A stretch of DNA of 64,000 bases, counting the filler, from an uncultured Methanosarcinales archaeon (GTDB lineage Archaea > Nanobdellota > Nanobdellia > Woesearchaeales > CAZOXR01): NCBI GenBank assembly GCA_964566535.1. It is 6 parts of 6 records of this genome, joined end to end, with 100 filler letters (N's around TTAATTAATTAA, not from the genome) between each part and the next. Parts side by side here need not be neighbours in the genome. Positions count along the whole stretch, not along the records: positions 19,097 to 35,556 come from CAZMIO010000018.1; positions 35,657 to 45,078 come from CAZMIO010000019.1; 4 more parts are not named here. The stretch is one strand, 5' to 3'. This document shows, in pieces, positions 33,601 to 41,835 of this stretch. The position numbers and the translations under genes are program-made. The notes beneath the pieces are model-generated. The model was given only the letters and a program-made list of their open reading frames with translations. It ran no database searches and was not told the DNA's origin. Each line of letters starts with the position of its first letter. Position 1 is the first letter of the stretch.

Positions 33601-34120
33601 CGGAACCTCAACTCCTAACGCAAAATTAGTAATAATAGGCGGAGTAAACATAACTGGAGGATTGAATGTAACAGGAGTAGTAAACTTTGATAATTACCCT
33701 AATTGGGATTCAGACTTAAGTGATGATTACAATGGAGCAAACTTCACAACAGACCTAACAGCAAGCGGAGTAAGACTCTCAATAGTAAACAACATAACAG
33801 ATGCAAATACTTCTTTACTAGGTCATTTAAACACATTAGACATAGCCATCAGAGAAGGTATAACTGGCAACATAACCGAACTATACAACGGAACAATCAT
33901 AAGAAACACAAACACCTCTTGGGCAACATCATCTATAGTAGGAGCAAACGCAAACTTCACAGTCTTAAACGTCTCCGGTCAAGCATTATTCTCAAACGGT
34001 AATGTAGGTATAGGAACTCAAACTCCAACAAAAACACTTCACGTAGAAGGAGAAATAAACGTTACTGACACAAATATTGGAATGTTTTTCGAAAATGGAG
34101 TATTTGTAATAGAAGGATAA
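27632..34120 (+). CDS. Large (2162 aa) fibre-like adhesin with GNVGIGT repeats, helical repeats and 7 LVIVD repeats
   Basis: Signal peptide. Several G(N/K/R)VGIGT motifs. SIVNNITDANTSLLGHL repeats. Seven (Y/F)VSGKYAY(V/I)...EI(L/I)DIS units. Very dense NxS/T sequons. Confidence 0.85.
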   Translation: MRNKVWISLIIVILLASFVYAVPREINIIGKLTDSSGTVVQGNFNFSFRIYDSFTGGNKLYESTFNLTTDSLGVYDGILRNVTLNFSDQYYLGVAVNKDAEMIPRLNLTTSPYSFRSNISESLNPDNKYRIKVINITGNTTIGTDGSDTLTVTTGDFNLSSGNINMSGDLGLGSSITFGLGELIDNLVNGFLRITGSLNITNDLTVVGNVGIGTSTPNAKLVVIGGVNITGGLNVTGVVNFDNYANWDSDTSDDYNAENFTTDYAVGGYDAENFTVNYATNGFDNENFSTRYAVEGYSDSNTTNLRASIVNNITDANTSLLGHLNALDAALRVGQAANDTLIRTSIVNNITDANTSLLGHLDTQDIGIREGITGNITELYNGTIIRDTNSSWVLRSLDGASINLTALNVTGQGLFKSSIQSFVEDSSNASIVNVLTLEHGASNRGMPGLGASILFKGEDNFTISENISMIAGIMTNATNGSEAGVLTFSTRTSGGALTEQLRIDGSGNVGIGVIEPQNALEVAGTINASEIKVGTQSVIREDNESWVVDIGSLYNQQNFTANYALEGYDAENFTVNYAVNGFDNENFSARYTVEGYSDANTTGLRLSILNNITDANASIKSYLDSRDANLRTGMEGNITSLENSSIARTNNENTFEEKTTFNAPVTFRSNVTFTDTQNNLVNESLKLTDLDGATKILLNASIPDITIDGNSVITDTILPSLYNQQNFTANYALEGYDAENFTDNYAINGFDNENFSSRYAIEGYSDANTTGLRLSIVNNITDANTSLLGHLVTLDAALRAGQAANDTLVRLSIVNNITDANTSLLGHLNTLDAAIRAGQAANDTLVRLSIVNNITDANTSLLGHLNALDAALRVGQAANDTLIRTSIVNNITDANTSLLGHLDTQDIGIREGITGNITELYNGTIIRDTNSSWVLRSLDGASINLTALNVTGQGLFKSSIQSFVEDSSNASIVNVLTLEHGASNRGMPGLGASILFKGEDNFTISENISMIAGIMTNATNGSEAGVLTFSTRTSGGALTEQLRIDGSGNVGIGVIEPQNALEVAGTINASEIKVGTQSVIREDNESWVVDIGSLYNQQNFTANYALEGYDAENFTVNYAVNGFDNENFSARYTVEGYSDANTTGLRLSILNNITDANASIKSYLDSRDANLRTGMEGNITSLENSSIARTNNENTFEEKTTFNAPVTFRSNVTFTDTQNNLVNESLKLTDLDGATKILLNASIPDITIDGNSVITDTILPSLYNQQNFTANYALEGYDAENFTDNYAINGFDNENFSSRYAIEGYSDANTTGLRLSIVNNITDANTSLLGHLVTLDAALRAGQAANDTLVRLSIVNNITDANTSLLGHLNTLDAAIRAGQAANDTLVRLSIVNNITDANTSLLGHLNTLDAAIREGITGNITELDNGTIIRSTNTSWIINISSIYTAENFTSDYATNGFDNENFSSRYAVEGFSLANNLTGANANLTTLNVSGQVLIPNGKVGIGTLTPAATLDVKGDTLLNLTTDSRTFQVVNGSGTSRFIVNESKGFVGIGTTSPSEKLSLNDGNFLQTPGNPTHEGKFDKNDHPDTELDGAYNVYVSGKYAYVTGNGDDGVEILDISDPANPTHVGKFNDSDHANAELDGAYGIFVSGKYAYVVSTTDNGMEIIDISNPANPTHVGAITDDGTTILGSPRDIYVSGKYAYVTSYSENGVEILDISDPANPTHVGAITDDGTTELSGAKGIYVSGKYAYVTGQGDDGVEILDISDPANPTHVGAITDDDTTELDGANGIYVSGKYAYIASTIDDGVEILDISNASNPTHVGKFNDTDHTDAELDGAERIYVSGKYAYVASNTDSGVEILDISDPANPTHVGAITDDDTTELNGPRGIFVSGKYAYVTGNTDDGLEILDISGIDAPAASIGTISTSTLTVTENADIGNNLYVGAGLNVGQGGILSDGDIATAGDLSAKGDFTINKTVFFANATSGRVGIGTSTPNAKLVIIGGVNITGGLNVTGVVNFDNYPNWDSDLSDDYNGANFTTDLTASGVRLSIVNNITDANTSLLGHLNTLDIAIREGITGNITELYNGTIIRNTNTSWATSSIVGANANFTVLNVSGQALFSNGNVGIGTQTPTKTLHVEGEINVTDTNIGMFFENGVFVIEG
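28553..31818 (+). repeat. In-frame tandem duplication, period 1623 bp (541 aa)
   Basis: 28553-30195 matches 30176-31818. The translations are identical, and the nucleotides were identical wherever compared. Confidence 0.9.
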
Positions 34121-34155
34121 AAATGAAAACAACAAACAATTCAAAAAAATTGATT

Positions 34156-34425
34156 TTATCTCCTGTAAGCATCATCGTGATGCCCAAAAGCAAGGAAAGT
34201 AACGATCTTACTAACTTCATCAATTTCAAATTTAAGAACAAAACTCTTGAGAATATGCACTCTTCTTTCTCCAGCAAGTTCATGTCTCAGGGGCTTATAA
34301 CGAGATGGGAAGATGGCAATCTCGTTCATCTTCTTTCTGAGGATTTCTCTCAAAATGGGATTTTTCTTGCATGCCTTCCCAATACTCCTTTGGCAGGAAG
34401 GCATAATATCTATAACATAAGTCAT
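34156..34425 (-). CDS. RelE/StbE-YafQ-like mRNA interferase toxin
   Basis: 89 aa, basic. YKPLRHELAGERRVHILKSFVLKFEI...FGHHDDAY. Confidence 0.85.
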   Translation of the reverse strand: MTYVIDIMPSCQRSIGKACKKNPILREILRKKMNEIAIFPSRYKPLRHELAGERRVHILKSFVLKFEIDEVSKIVTFLAFGHHDDAYRR

Positions 34426-34718
34426 TTTATTGTTTCAAAAAATTCATCTACAGAATCAAATCTAATAGGAGCTTCTTTCTTTGCTTGCTCCAACTTCTTA
34501 ACAAATTCCTCCTTCAGCGGAAGTTTATCAACAGGATGCCAATCAATCTTATCACAAAACTTCCAATCTTCATCAGATAGCTTGCCAGTTTTGATGTATT
34601 CTTCAAAGATTCTCTTTTTATTTAGTTCTTCCCTAACTACTTCAGACCAATTAACCCATGAAAAATTCTCAATCTCAGAAAATACCTTATCATCCAATGG
34701 AAAAGTGATGCTTACCAT
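34422..34718 (-). CDS. Antitoxin, RHH-type N-terminus with acidic C-terminus
   Basis: MVSITFPL...VNWSEVVRE N-terminus, FDSVDEFF tail. Overlaps the toxin start. Confidence 0.75.
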   Translation of the reverse strand: MVSITFPLDDKVFSEIENFSWVNWSEVVREELNKKRIFEEYIKTGKLSDEDWKFCDKIDWHPVDKLPLKEEFVKKLEQAKKEAPIRFDSVDEFFETIK

Positions 34719-34874
34719 TTACAATCTACCCCCATTATCAAGTTTCTCAAACTTTTTTAATTTAGATAATTTCTCAACTACTGCTTCCTTGGCAACCTCT
34801 GGCCAATTTATTTCCGGCAGTTTATCTAACTTCTCCTTTAATTCGTTAGGTATAGATACAGTAAATCTTCTCAT
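34719..34874 (-). CDS. Small RHH protein (51 aa), first gene of the TA operon, not in ORF track
   Basis: MRRFTVSIPNELKEKLDKLPEINWPEVAKEAVVEKLSKLKKFEKLDNGGRL. GAGGAGGT RBS. Its stop abuts the antitoxin ATG. Confidence 0.8.
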   Translation of the reverse strand: MRRFTVSIPNELKEKLDKLPEINWPEVAKEAVVEKLSKLKKFEKLDNGGRL

Positions 34875-34999
34875 TTTTACCTCCTCACTTCCTTGCGTTG
34901 ATAAACGTAAATGCGTTAATACTTATAAACCTTTTGTTTTCAGTAATTATCCAACAAACTTCATATCCAATTCAGAAAATAGTGTAGAGGCATAAAAAC

Positions 35000-35556
35000 A
35001 TGAAAAACAAATACAAAAAAACAATATTCATAATCACATTAATTATCCTATCATTACTCTACGCATCAACAGCTTCAGCTGAGTTAGTCCAAGTCTGGAG
35101 AAACAAATCATCCCAAACAAACGTCTCATCAGTTGATAACAGCGGAAACTGGTATATGTTAGGAAGTTTAGGAATAGGAACAACATCACCAAACGCAAAA
35201 TTAGTAGTTATTGGCGGAGTAAACATAACAGGTAGCCTAAACATCTCTGGAAGCATATACCAAAACGGAAACTTAGTCATAGACAATTCAACTCTAAAGA
35301 ACGGAACATTAATCAGAGATACAAACAGTTCTTGGGTAATTGCTATTGGTTCATTATACAACCAACAAAACTTCAGTGCTAATTATGCAGTTTCAGGTTT
35401 CTCCCTAGCAAACAACCTAACAGGAGCAAATGCAAACTTCACAACATTAAACGTCTCAGGACAAGTATTAATCCCTAACGGAAACGTAGGAATAGGAACT
35501 CTAACACCAAGCACAGAATTAAATGTTGTAGGAAGTGCAAACATAACAGGGGGAGC
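35000..35556 (+). CDS. Secreted fibre-like protein paralogous to 27632-34120, truncated
   Basis: Signal peptide. GIGTTSPNAKLVVIGGVNITG and GFSLANNLTGANAN blocks shared with the upstream gene. Confidence 0.8.
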
Positions 35557-35656
35557 NNNNNNNNNNNNNNNNNNNNNNNNNNNNNNNNNNNNNNNNNNNN
35601 TTAATTAATTAANNNNNNNNNNNNNNNNNNNNNNNNNNNNNNNNNNNNNNNNNNNN
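35557..35656. other. Artificial contig linker
   Basis: N-run + TTAATTAATTAA + N-run. Confidence 0.98.
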
Positions 35657-35712
35657 TCCCCCTAATAGTTTTTTTAGAAACCCCCGTTTTTTACAAGTAA
35701 GAATTTTATTGA

Positions 35713-35891
35713 ATATAACGTTGGGATTTTGCGAAGTTTTTTCCCTCGAGAATTTAACCCTCGATTTTTCAGGCATCCCTGAAAAATCAGAGTGGGAAAA
35801 TTCTCAGAGATGGAAAAAATTTGGGAAAAATCGGGAAATCGCTTGGCGATTTAGCGAAGCGACCGATTTTTCCGTAAAATCCCTGTTAAAT
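35713..35891. repeat. attC-like recombination site 1 (branched hairpin)
   Basis: ATATAAC-GTT-GGGATTTTGCG ... CGTAAAATCCC-T-GTTAAAT outer stem with AAC/GTT cores, plus two internal hairpin arms. Confidence 0.7.
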
Positions 35892-36105
35892 TCTTTTTCC
35901 ATACAAAGTATGGAAAAATTTCGTCCTAAAAGTTCGAAAACCCGCCGTGCAGCCAGTTGTTGCAGTAGTTTTTGGTTATAAATTAGTTAATAAATTTCTG
36001 CGTTAGCAGAGTATATCTCTATAGAAATCTGGGGCTAGTAAATTTAATATTCCTGTATTAGTAGTTTGTGAACTTAGTTTTTTATTTTTTTATTGTAATC
36101 AATAG

Positions 36106-36144
36106 GCGGGGCGGGATTTAGTGGTAGGACAAATCCCGCCCCGC
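36106..36144. repeat. Strong GC-rich hairpin downstream of the PIN toxin gene
   Basis: GCGGGGCGGGATTT / AAATCCCGCCCCGC 14-bp perfect stem. Possibly a terminator. Confidence 0.7.
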
Positions 36145-36253
36145 ACTATATTTTGAAAATTTTGCGAATGCAAAATTTTCGGAATGAAAACATAAAATTG
36201 TGTATATTGCTAAAAGTATTACCGTTTTAAAATTGACGTTTTGATTTTCAATG

Positions 36254-36664
36254 TTAAAATTTCATTACTTCTTCTGTAGAATAAACTTTTACAACATTTA
36301 GTTTTTCTTTAAGATCTTTATCATTAGACCAAATTGCAGCATTTAATTTTAATGCAAGAGCAACATAGGGAACGTCTTTTATGTCAGGAGATATTTCTTT
36401 GGCTTTGTCAATAAATGGGTCAACTTCTTTTTTTGGAATAATAGTAATCCTTCTTTTAAATAACCCAATCAATTTGTTGAAATCATGGTCAGATCTTTTT
36501 GTTTTTGAAATTAGCAATTCCTTGTATTGTTCAAATTCTTCAAAAATAAATTGCGGTGCATAAAAGCGAAATTTATCTGAAAACAATAAATCAGAAGTAG
36601 AACCTACTTTTATTAAAGCCGCAAATAGAATATTTGAGTCTATCACTAAAATTGTAACATTCAT
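36254..36664 (-). CDS. vapC: PIN-domain (VapC-like) toxin
   Basis: LVIDSNILFAAL, IFEE, PDIKDVPYVALA and IWSNDKDL motifs. Confidence 0.88.
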   Translation of the reverse strand: MNVTILVIDSNILFAALIKVGSTSDLLFSDKFRFYAPQFIFEEFEQYKELLISKTKRSDHDFNKLIGLFKRRITIIPKKEVDPFIDKAKEISPDIKDVPYVALALKLNAAIWSNDKDLKEKLNVVKVYSTEEVMKF

Positions 36665-36885
36665 TTTGAGAAGTATCTCTTGGCAAGTCTTCTATTAAGA
36701 TCTCCACCTAGCTTTAAAGCATCTTCCTCTGTCAAGGTACTTTTTGACTTAAACTTCTTTAAGAATTCTAGATCAGATATTTTTTGATTAAATGCTTGTC
36801 TAGCTACCTCAGACCAATTTATTTCTGGAAATGTATCCATTTTGTGTTTTAATTCTTCTGGAACTGCTAGTGTTAGGGTTACCAT
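36661..36885 (-). CDS. RHH-type antitoxin
   Basis: MVTLTLAVPEELKHKMDTFPEINWSEVAR. GAGGTG RBS. Overlaps the PIN gene start. Confidence 0.8.
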   Translation of the reverse strand: MVTLTLAVPEELKHKMDTFPEINWSEVARQAFNQKISDLEFLKKFKSKSTLTEEDALKLGGDLNRRLAKRYFSK

Positions 36886-37028
36886 TTTTTTAGCACCTCA
36901 CATTTGTTTATGTTCAAATATTTGAAATATGTGTAAATATATAAATTTTTCTATTTTGATTTGTTACTTTTTTATAGTAGTCAAAAAACGGAAGATTTAA
37001 ATATTAGTTCGATTTATTACTCAAAAGG

Positions 37029-38345
37029 GTGGTTAAAATTAATAATGTTCATTCAAAAGTCAGTGAAATACAAACAGCAATAGAGGATAGAAGAAAGGAA
37101 GAACTTGAATCTATTGTTAAATTGCAAGAAGATTACACTAGAATTATGGGGGAGCCAAGTTCTGAAATACAACTAAGAACAGGAGATGTAGATAAAAAAT
37201 ATAATGCCAAATCAGAGAAATTGGGGGCTTATGTTCGTAGATATAATCGTTTAACATCTTTTTCTGATAATGGATTACGTATTTTAAACTCAAATGGTGT
37301 TAATGAAGATAAAGATTTCGGGACATTTGAGGGTACAGTAAATTTTGAAGATGATCCGGTATATTCAAGAACATCTGAAGTTTTGCAGAGAAAAATCAGA
37401 GAAAGAGGTAAAGATTCAGCAGATATAGAAAGCGAATACTGGAGTGTTATATTCCCAGAGGATAGTGACTTGGAAGAAAAGACAACTCAAGCTATTACCC
37501 CTATCCAATTACCTGAATTAACAGAACCAAAAATACTTACATTACGAGAAGAATTAGAAAAGACCACTGATTTGGCATTAAAAGAAAAAGTAGAAACTGC
37601 AGTAGCTTATGTTAATCAACAAGTAGGACCAATTTATGATTTACATTCTTTATCAAGTCAAGAGTTATTTGAATTACAGCAAGGCTTAGAAAGATTCAAT
37701 GAGATGCCTTCTAACCAAAGACTGGAAAGAACATTCGATTTTGTGAATGCATATTTACCCCCAGATGCATGGAATGGATTATCTGCTCAAGAACAGGATT
37801 TAATTCATTATACAAGACTAAGAGACAAAAATTCTGATCCTGGGGAATTTAGGGCTATGACAAGAGATAGAGAAGAAAGACTCGCAACAACTATATTGAA
37901 AGCTTATACTAGAATGGTGGATCGCCATGGTCAATATAGACAAAGTCCTATACCTACTTCGCAATTTCCAGATAAAAATGGGAATGCAGGACAGGTTTTA
38001 TTTGTGGAGCAATGGTTAACGGAAAAGATAGACCCGTATAGAGAAGATGTTTATTCTCAAGTGACAGATCAAAATTTAAGAGGTGTATTAGATTTTCATT
38101 CTGGTGTAGAAGCAAGATTAACCCCAGAAGAAATGCAGGGAGTAAATGTAGGCTACCAGGTCAATAAAATGAGAAACTTGTCAACATTTTATGAGGGAAG
38201 ACATTCATTAAGTACTAAACAAAGACAATTTGCATTTGATCTAATGACACAGTACATAGCTAGTATTTCAAACCTACCAGATGTGTTAATGAATAAATTG
38301 GCAGAACCTGAAAAACCTAAAATGATTACTTATGGCACAAAATGA
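37029..38345 (+). CDS. Hypothetical protein (438 aa, helical)
   Basis: Long ORF; no family recognised. Confidence 0.75.
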   Translation: MVKINNVHSKVSEIQTAIEDRRKEELESIVKLQEDYTRIMGEPSSEIQLRTGDVDKKYNAKSEKLGAYVRRYNRLTSFSDNGLRILNSNGVNEDKDFGTFEGTVNFEDDPVYSRTSEVLQRKIRERGKDSADIESEYWSVIFPEDSDLEEKTTQAITPIQLPELTEPKILTLREELEKTTDLALKEKVETAVAYVNQQVGPIYDLHSLSSQELFELQQGLERFNEMPSNQRLERTFDFVNAYLPPDAWNGLSAQEQDLIHYTRLRDKNSDPGEFRAMTRDREERLATTILKAYTRMVDRHGQYRQSPIPTSQFPDKNGNAGQVLFVEQWLTEKIDPYREDVYSQVTDQNLRGVLDFHSGVEARLTPEEMQGVNVGYQVNKMRNLSTFYEGRHSLSTKQRQFAFDLMTQYIASISNLPDVLMNKLAEPEKPKMITYGTK

Positions 38346-39825
38346 GTATAGGGAGTTACTTAGCCTATTTTTTGAAAGAGGAAAGAAAACTTTTCTAGAA
38401 TCCCAAAGTCTTGAAGAATTATTGCAACAAACTATATCTTATGATAGGGGATTGGAGTTAGTCCAACCATTATATCCAACTTCTGACAAGACACAAATTT
38501 TAAGGAAATTAACAGCTGCAGACTTGCTTTATTTATCCTTAGCTGATAGGATTCCAAATCGTGCTGATCCTTTAGTAGAGGAGTACAATGTTACATCAAA
38601 AGGAATAAGATTTAAAACAAAACAACGTCAAATTTCTGCAAAATTTGTTCCACCAGTTGATTATTATGTTGATAGCCAATTTGAAATAATATCCAGAACA
38701 GAAAGGCAGGTATTAGAAGAAGGTGCATCTTTGAATAGATATTTTAGATATAACTTTCCTTCAGATGAATCTGGTGAAATGAAATTTTATGATCTTTCTT
38801 TAGACGAAGTTACCACATTACCAAATGGATTATTTCCAAAAATTATTGAGAATCCTGAAGAAATTAATAATATTTCAGAAAAATCGGGCTTAATGTTTAC
38901 AGCTAGTGGTATACTTATTTTAGATATTAATACAAATTCAGTGCATTTAGAACCCTATACTCCTAATTTACAGCAACAAATCGATAATGTCATTCGTGAG
39001 CATCGGAAATATAATAAAACTACACCATCTTTGACGGTTCGTGACGAACTAAAAGTATTTAGAGATAATTTCATGATGCATTTATACAATTTTGTTAATA
39101 ATACTGTCCGAACATTTTCAACGCAGAACTTAAGTGACATCGAACAAAGAGCTTTTAATTTAGAAAAAGGATATGGTGTAAAAATAGACTATCGGGGTAT
39201 GGATTTTGATCATCAAAGATTTCACCCTCCAATAAATAATGGAGACTTAAATGTTATAGAAAATATTTTGGAAATTATACAAGATACTTTTTTGAAATAT
39301 TTTTCAGAAATTCAAAAGATAAATGGACCTCGTCGATACGATGGTTCTAAAGAAAGTGCTCTACAATTAATGGATGAGAGAGTATCAAGACTTTATTCTA
39401 GAGCAGTTACTTCTTCTCAAGGAAAAGTTACTCCCCTAGACAATCGTTTATTATCACATAGTCCATCATATCAACCCTCAGCTTCCAAAGGCATTATAAT
39501 CCTTGATGAAGTTGGAGTAGAGGCTCTAAAGGAAGATTTTAATAGATACCTGCCTTACCACCTTAGCTCTATTGGTAGAAACCTATTTTTAGGATTACCA
39601 GAAAATTTAAGTAGCGAATATTTACAGTTGGCAAAACCTGAAATTGAAAGACAATTAGATCTTATACAGGTCATGGGTTATGACAGAAAAAGAAATGAGT
39701 CATCTTTAACTATGGTAGATTTTATGCGTTTTATATCTGAGTATCATATTGCACATATAGAGAGGAGACCTTATTCTTTAGATGAAGGTAGAGTTGCATT
39801 TTATGATAAATTATTTGGGAACTAG
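38332..39825 (+). CDS. Hypothetical protein (497 aa)
   Basis: Long ORF overlapping the previous gene by 14 nt. Confidence 0.75.
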   Translation: MAQNEYRELLSLFFERGKKTFLESQSLEELLQQTISYDRGLELVQPLYPTSDKTQILRKLTAADLLYLSLADRIPNRADPLVEEYNVTSKGIRFKTKQRQISAKFVPPVDYYVDSQFEIISRTERQVLEEGASLNRYFRYNFPSDESGEMKFYDLSLDEVTTLPNGLFPKIIENPEEINNISEKSGLMFTASGILILDINTNSVHLEPYTPNLQQQIDNVIREHRKYNKTTPSLTVRDELKVFRDNFMMHLYNFVNNTVRTFSTQNLSDIEQRAFNLEKGYGVKIDYRGMDFDHQRFHPPINNGDLNVIENILEIIQDTFLKYFSEIQKINGPRRYDGSKESALQLMDERVSRLYSRAVTSSQGKVTPLDNRLLSHSPSYQPSASKGIIILDEVGVEALKEDFNRYLPYHLSSIGRNLFLGLPENLSSEYLQLAKPEIERQLDLIQVMGYDRKRNESSLTMVDFMRFISEYHIAHIERRPYSLDEGRVAFYDKLFGN

Positions 39826-40121
39826 ATTTAATTTGATTTAGTGACTATGTAATTTCACATACTAATTTAATTCTACTATCGAAGTGATTTTAGTTTTATT
39901 GTAATGTTACATAATTTATTAAAAAATCTTTAAACAATTTTATCCCCTGATTCCATTTTATTATTTATAACCAAAAATTTGGGTGAAACAAAGTGTAACT
40001 GTTAAACTTTTGTTATTGGAAATGAAAAGCATTTACTATTCTCTTCTGTCTATGAAGTTTAACGAATGTAACAACTAAGGATGCACGGTCTACTATCACT
40101 ATAGGCGGGTTTTCGAATTGA

Positions 40122-40301
40122 ATTTAACATCTAGGATTAAGCGAAGTCCCGTAGCCCTCGAAAATTTCTCCTCGTTTGATTTTGAGGCAATCCACTAAAT
40201 CAAACAGAGCTGAGAAATTTTCAGAGTGGCGGAGGGATTTGGGTGAGTAACGCAGGGGCTTTGATGCCCCGAGTAACGCAACCGCTTAATCCTTGTTATG
40301 C
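40122..40301. repeat. attC-like recombination site 2 (branched hairpin)
   Basis: ATTTAAC-ATCT-AGGATTAAGCG ... CGCTTAATCCT-T-GTTATGC. Same length and arm layout as site 1. Confidence 0.75.
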
Positions 40302-40828
40302 GTAGTGAGGCTTTGATGCCGAACGGAGTTTTTTATTTGCCAAAAGGAAGCAGTACCCGATAGGGTTGTGCTGACTGTAATTTTTAGCAAATCTACAGTT
40401 TTTTCTAGATTAATTTTGGAATTAAAATCGTTAAGGAAAAAATTTGGGCTGGAATAGAGCTTGACTCGTATGTAACCGTTTAACGCTTGTTAGGCAAAGT
40501 GCAAAGCATTTTGACGGTTTCTTTTTTAGTGGCGTTAAGCGATGATTTGCGTTAAGAAAATTTTGGTTTACCTATAGTAGTTGAAAATCTATTACTATCA
40601 ATTACTGCTTTAGCAGACTATATTTTTACAAAGAGGCACTATGTTATACATTTCTTGCAAAGCAAGGCTATATTTCCGTAGGAATCGGGAGGCATTTTAG
40701 TTTTTATTTTATTGTTGTTAATTTTATGGAATTGGGGGCTACATTTCAGCTATTCTTTAAGGATTCGGGGGTAAAAGAATAGCAATTTTAAAGGAATATT
40801 TATAAATACAAATTGATAACCTTTATTC

Positions 40829-41527
40829 ATGAAATGGATATTATACATATTAATTTTAGTATTAATGTGTTTTAGTGTTTTGGCAAATGATTTTTTTATA
40901 ATTGATGAAACCAAAATAGATTCTTTTGCAGGTTTAGAAGAATCATCAGATTCTATATTTGTTGGTTCATCCATTAGATACAATCTTTCTTTTCACTATA
41001 ATGGCTCAAAATCTGATTTGGATATGCAATCGTTTCAAGTACAAATAATCAATCCAAATGGAGATATTCTTGAAGAGGAGAATTTTTCTTTGAATATTCA
41101 ACCCAACCTAAATTATAGTGTGGATAGTTCTATTGATGAGAATCTATATAAACTAATATATGCTGATGTACCTGGTGTTTATAAATTATTATTGACTTCA
41201 AACTCATATCCTTTTTATGAATCAAAAAAGACAGGATTCAGACAAGATAAATCGATACCATTCTTTTTTGAAGTTAGAAGGTTAGAGGAAAAAAGATTAA
41301 TAGACAGTTCAGAATCAATAGCAAAAGAAAGTAGTGAGATAAATAAAAAATTATTGAAGCTTACGAATAATATTTATGTAGCTACATTAGTTATGTTGGT
41401 GGTTGCACTGTTAACACTTTATACATCTCCAAAAGGAAGAGATTTATTAGTACAAATAATTAAAGTTGGATTTTATGTTATTGGTGCAATCTTAATATTA
41501 TTTATTTTGTATCAGTTGTTTTCTTGA
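40829..41527 (+). CDS. Secreted/membrane protein with two C-terminal TM helices
   Basis: Signal peptide and hydrophobic C-terminal segments. Confidence 0.75.
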   Translation: MKWILYILILVLMCFSVLANDFFIIDETKIDSFAGLEESSDSIFVGSSIRYNLSFHYNGSKSDLDMQSFQVQIINPNGDILEEENFSLNIQPNLNYSVDSSIDENLYKLIYADVPGVYKLLLTSNSYPFYESKKTGFRQDKSIPFFFEVRRLEEKRLIDSSESIAKESSEINKKLLKLTNNIYVATLVMLVVALLTLYTSPKGRDLLVQIIKVGFYVIGAILILFILYQLFS

Positions 41528-41607
41528 GTGAATAATATAAACGTGCCAAAAAAGAGAAATATTTATATATTATGCCTTATGATATATCATAGGAAGGGGG
41601 TTGTAAA

Positions 41608-41835
41608 TTGGTAAATACTAAACAAAAAATTATAGAATTATTGAAAAAAGCAGATTGGCCTTCTACAACAGAAGATATTGCGGTAGAGATTAAAGTATCT
41701 TGGAATACTGCCCAAGTTCATCTTTTAAAAATGCTTCATGAAGGTATTGTCAAATACAAGAAAGTTGGGAGACAAAATCAGTTTTGGCTTACTGAGAATT
41801 ATGAAAAATATTTTAAAAAGGGTGATAAAAAATGA
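41608..41835 (+). CDS. Winged helix-turn-helix regulator
   Basis: STTEDIAVEIKVSWNTAQVHLLKMLHEGIVKYKKVGRQNQFWL. TTG start after an AGGGGG RBS. Confidence 0.8.
   Translation: MVNTKQKIIELLKKADWPSTTEDIAVEIKVSWNTAQVHLLKMLHEGIVKYKKVGRQNQFWLTENYEKYFKKGDKK

Larger units (their letters stand above)
35886..40295. mobile_element. Putative gene cassette 1 (PIN TA pair + two hypothetical genes)
   Basis: Starts at the GTTAAATTC core, whose complement GAATTTAAC opens the next site. Its flanks are colinear interrupted inverted repeats. Confidence 0.6.

Noticed and set aside
28540..33860. Regular repeats as a CRISPR array or DGR template/variable pair
   Set aside because: Repeats are in-frame coding units without unique spacers. 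No cas or RT gene is present, and no adenine-specific mismatches were seen.
27632..35556. Prophage tail-fibre region
   Set aside because: The proteins have Sec-type signal peptides and dense sequons. No capsid, terminase or integrase genes are nearby.
35708..35730. Archaeal dif site (ATTGAATATAA arm)
   Set aside because: Only one arm resembles dif, with no matching arm after a 6-nt spacer. Better explained as part of the att-like site, though a Xer-type enzyme is not excluded.
35709..35981. 90-aa ORF
   Set aside because: Overlies the att-like hairpin, and its sequence is explained by palindromes.
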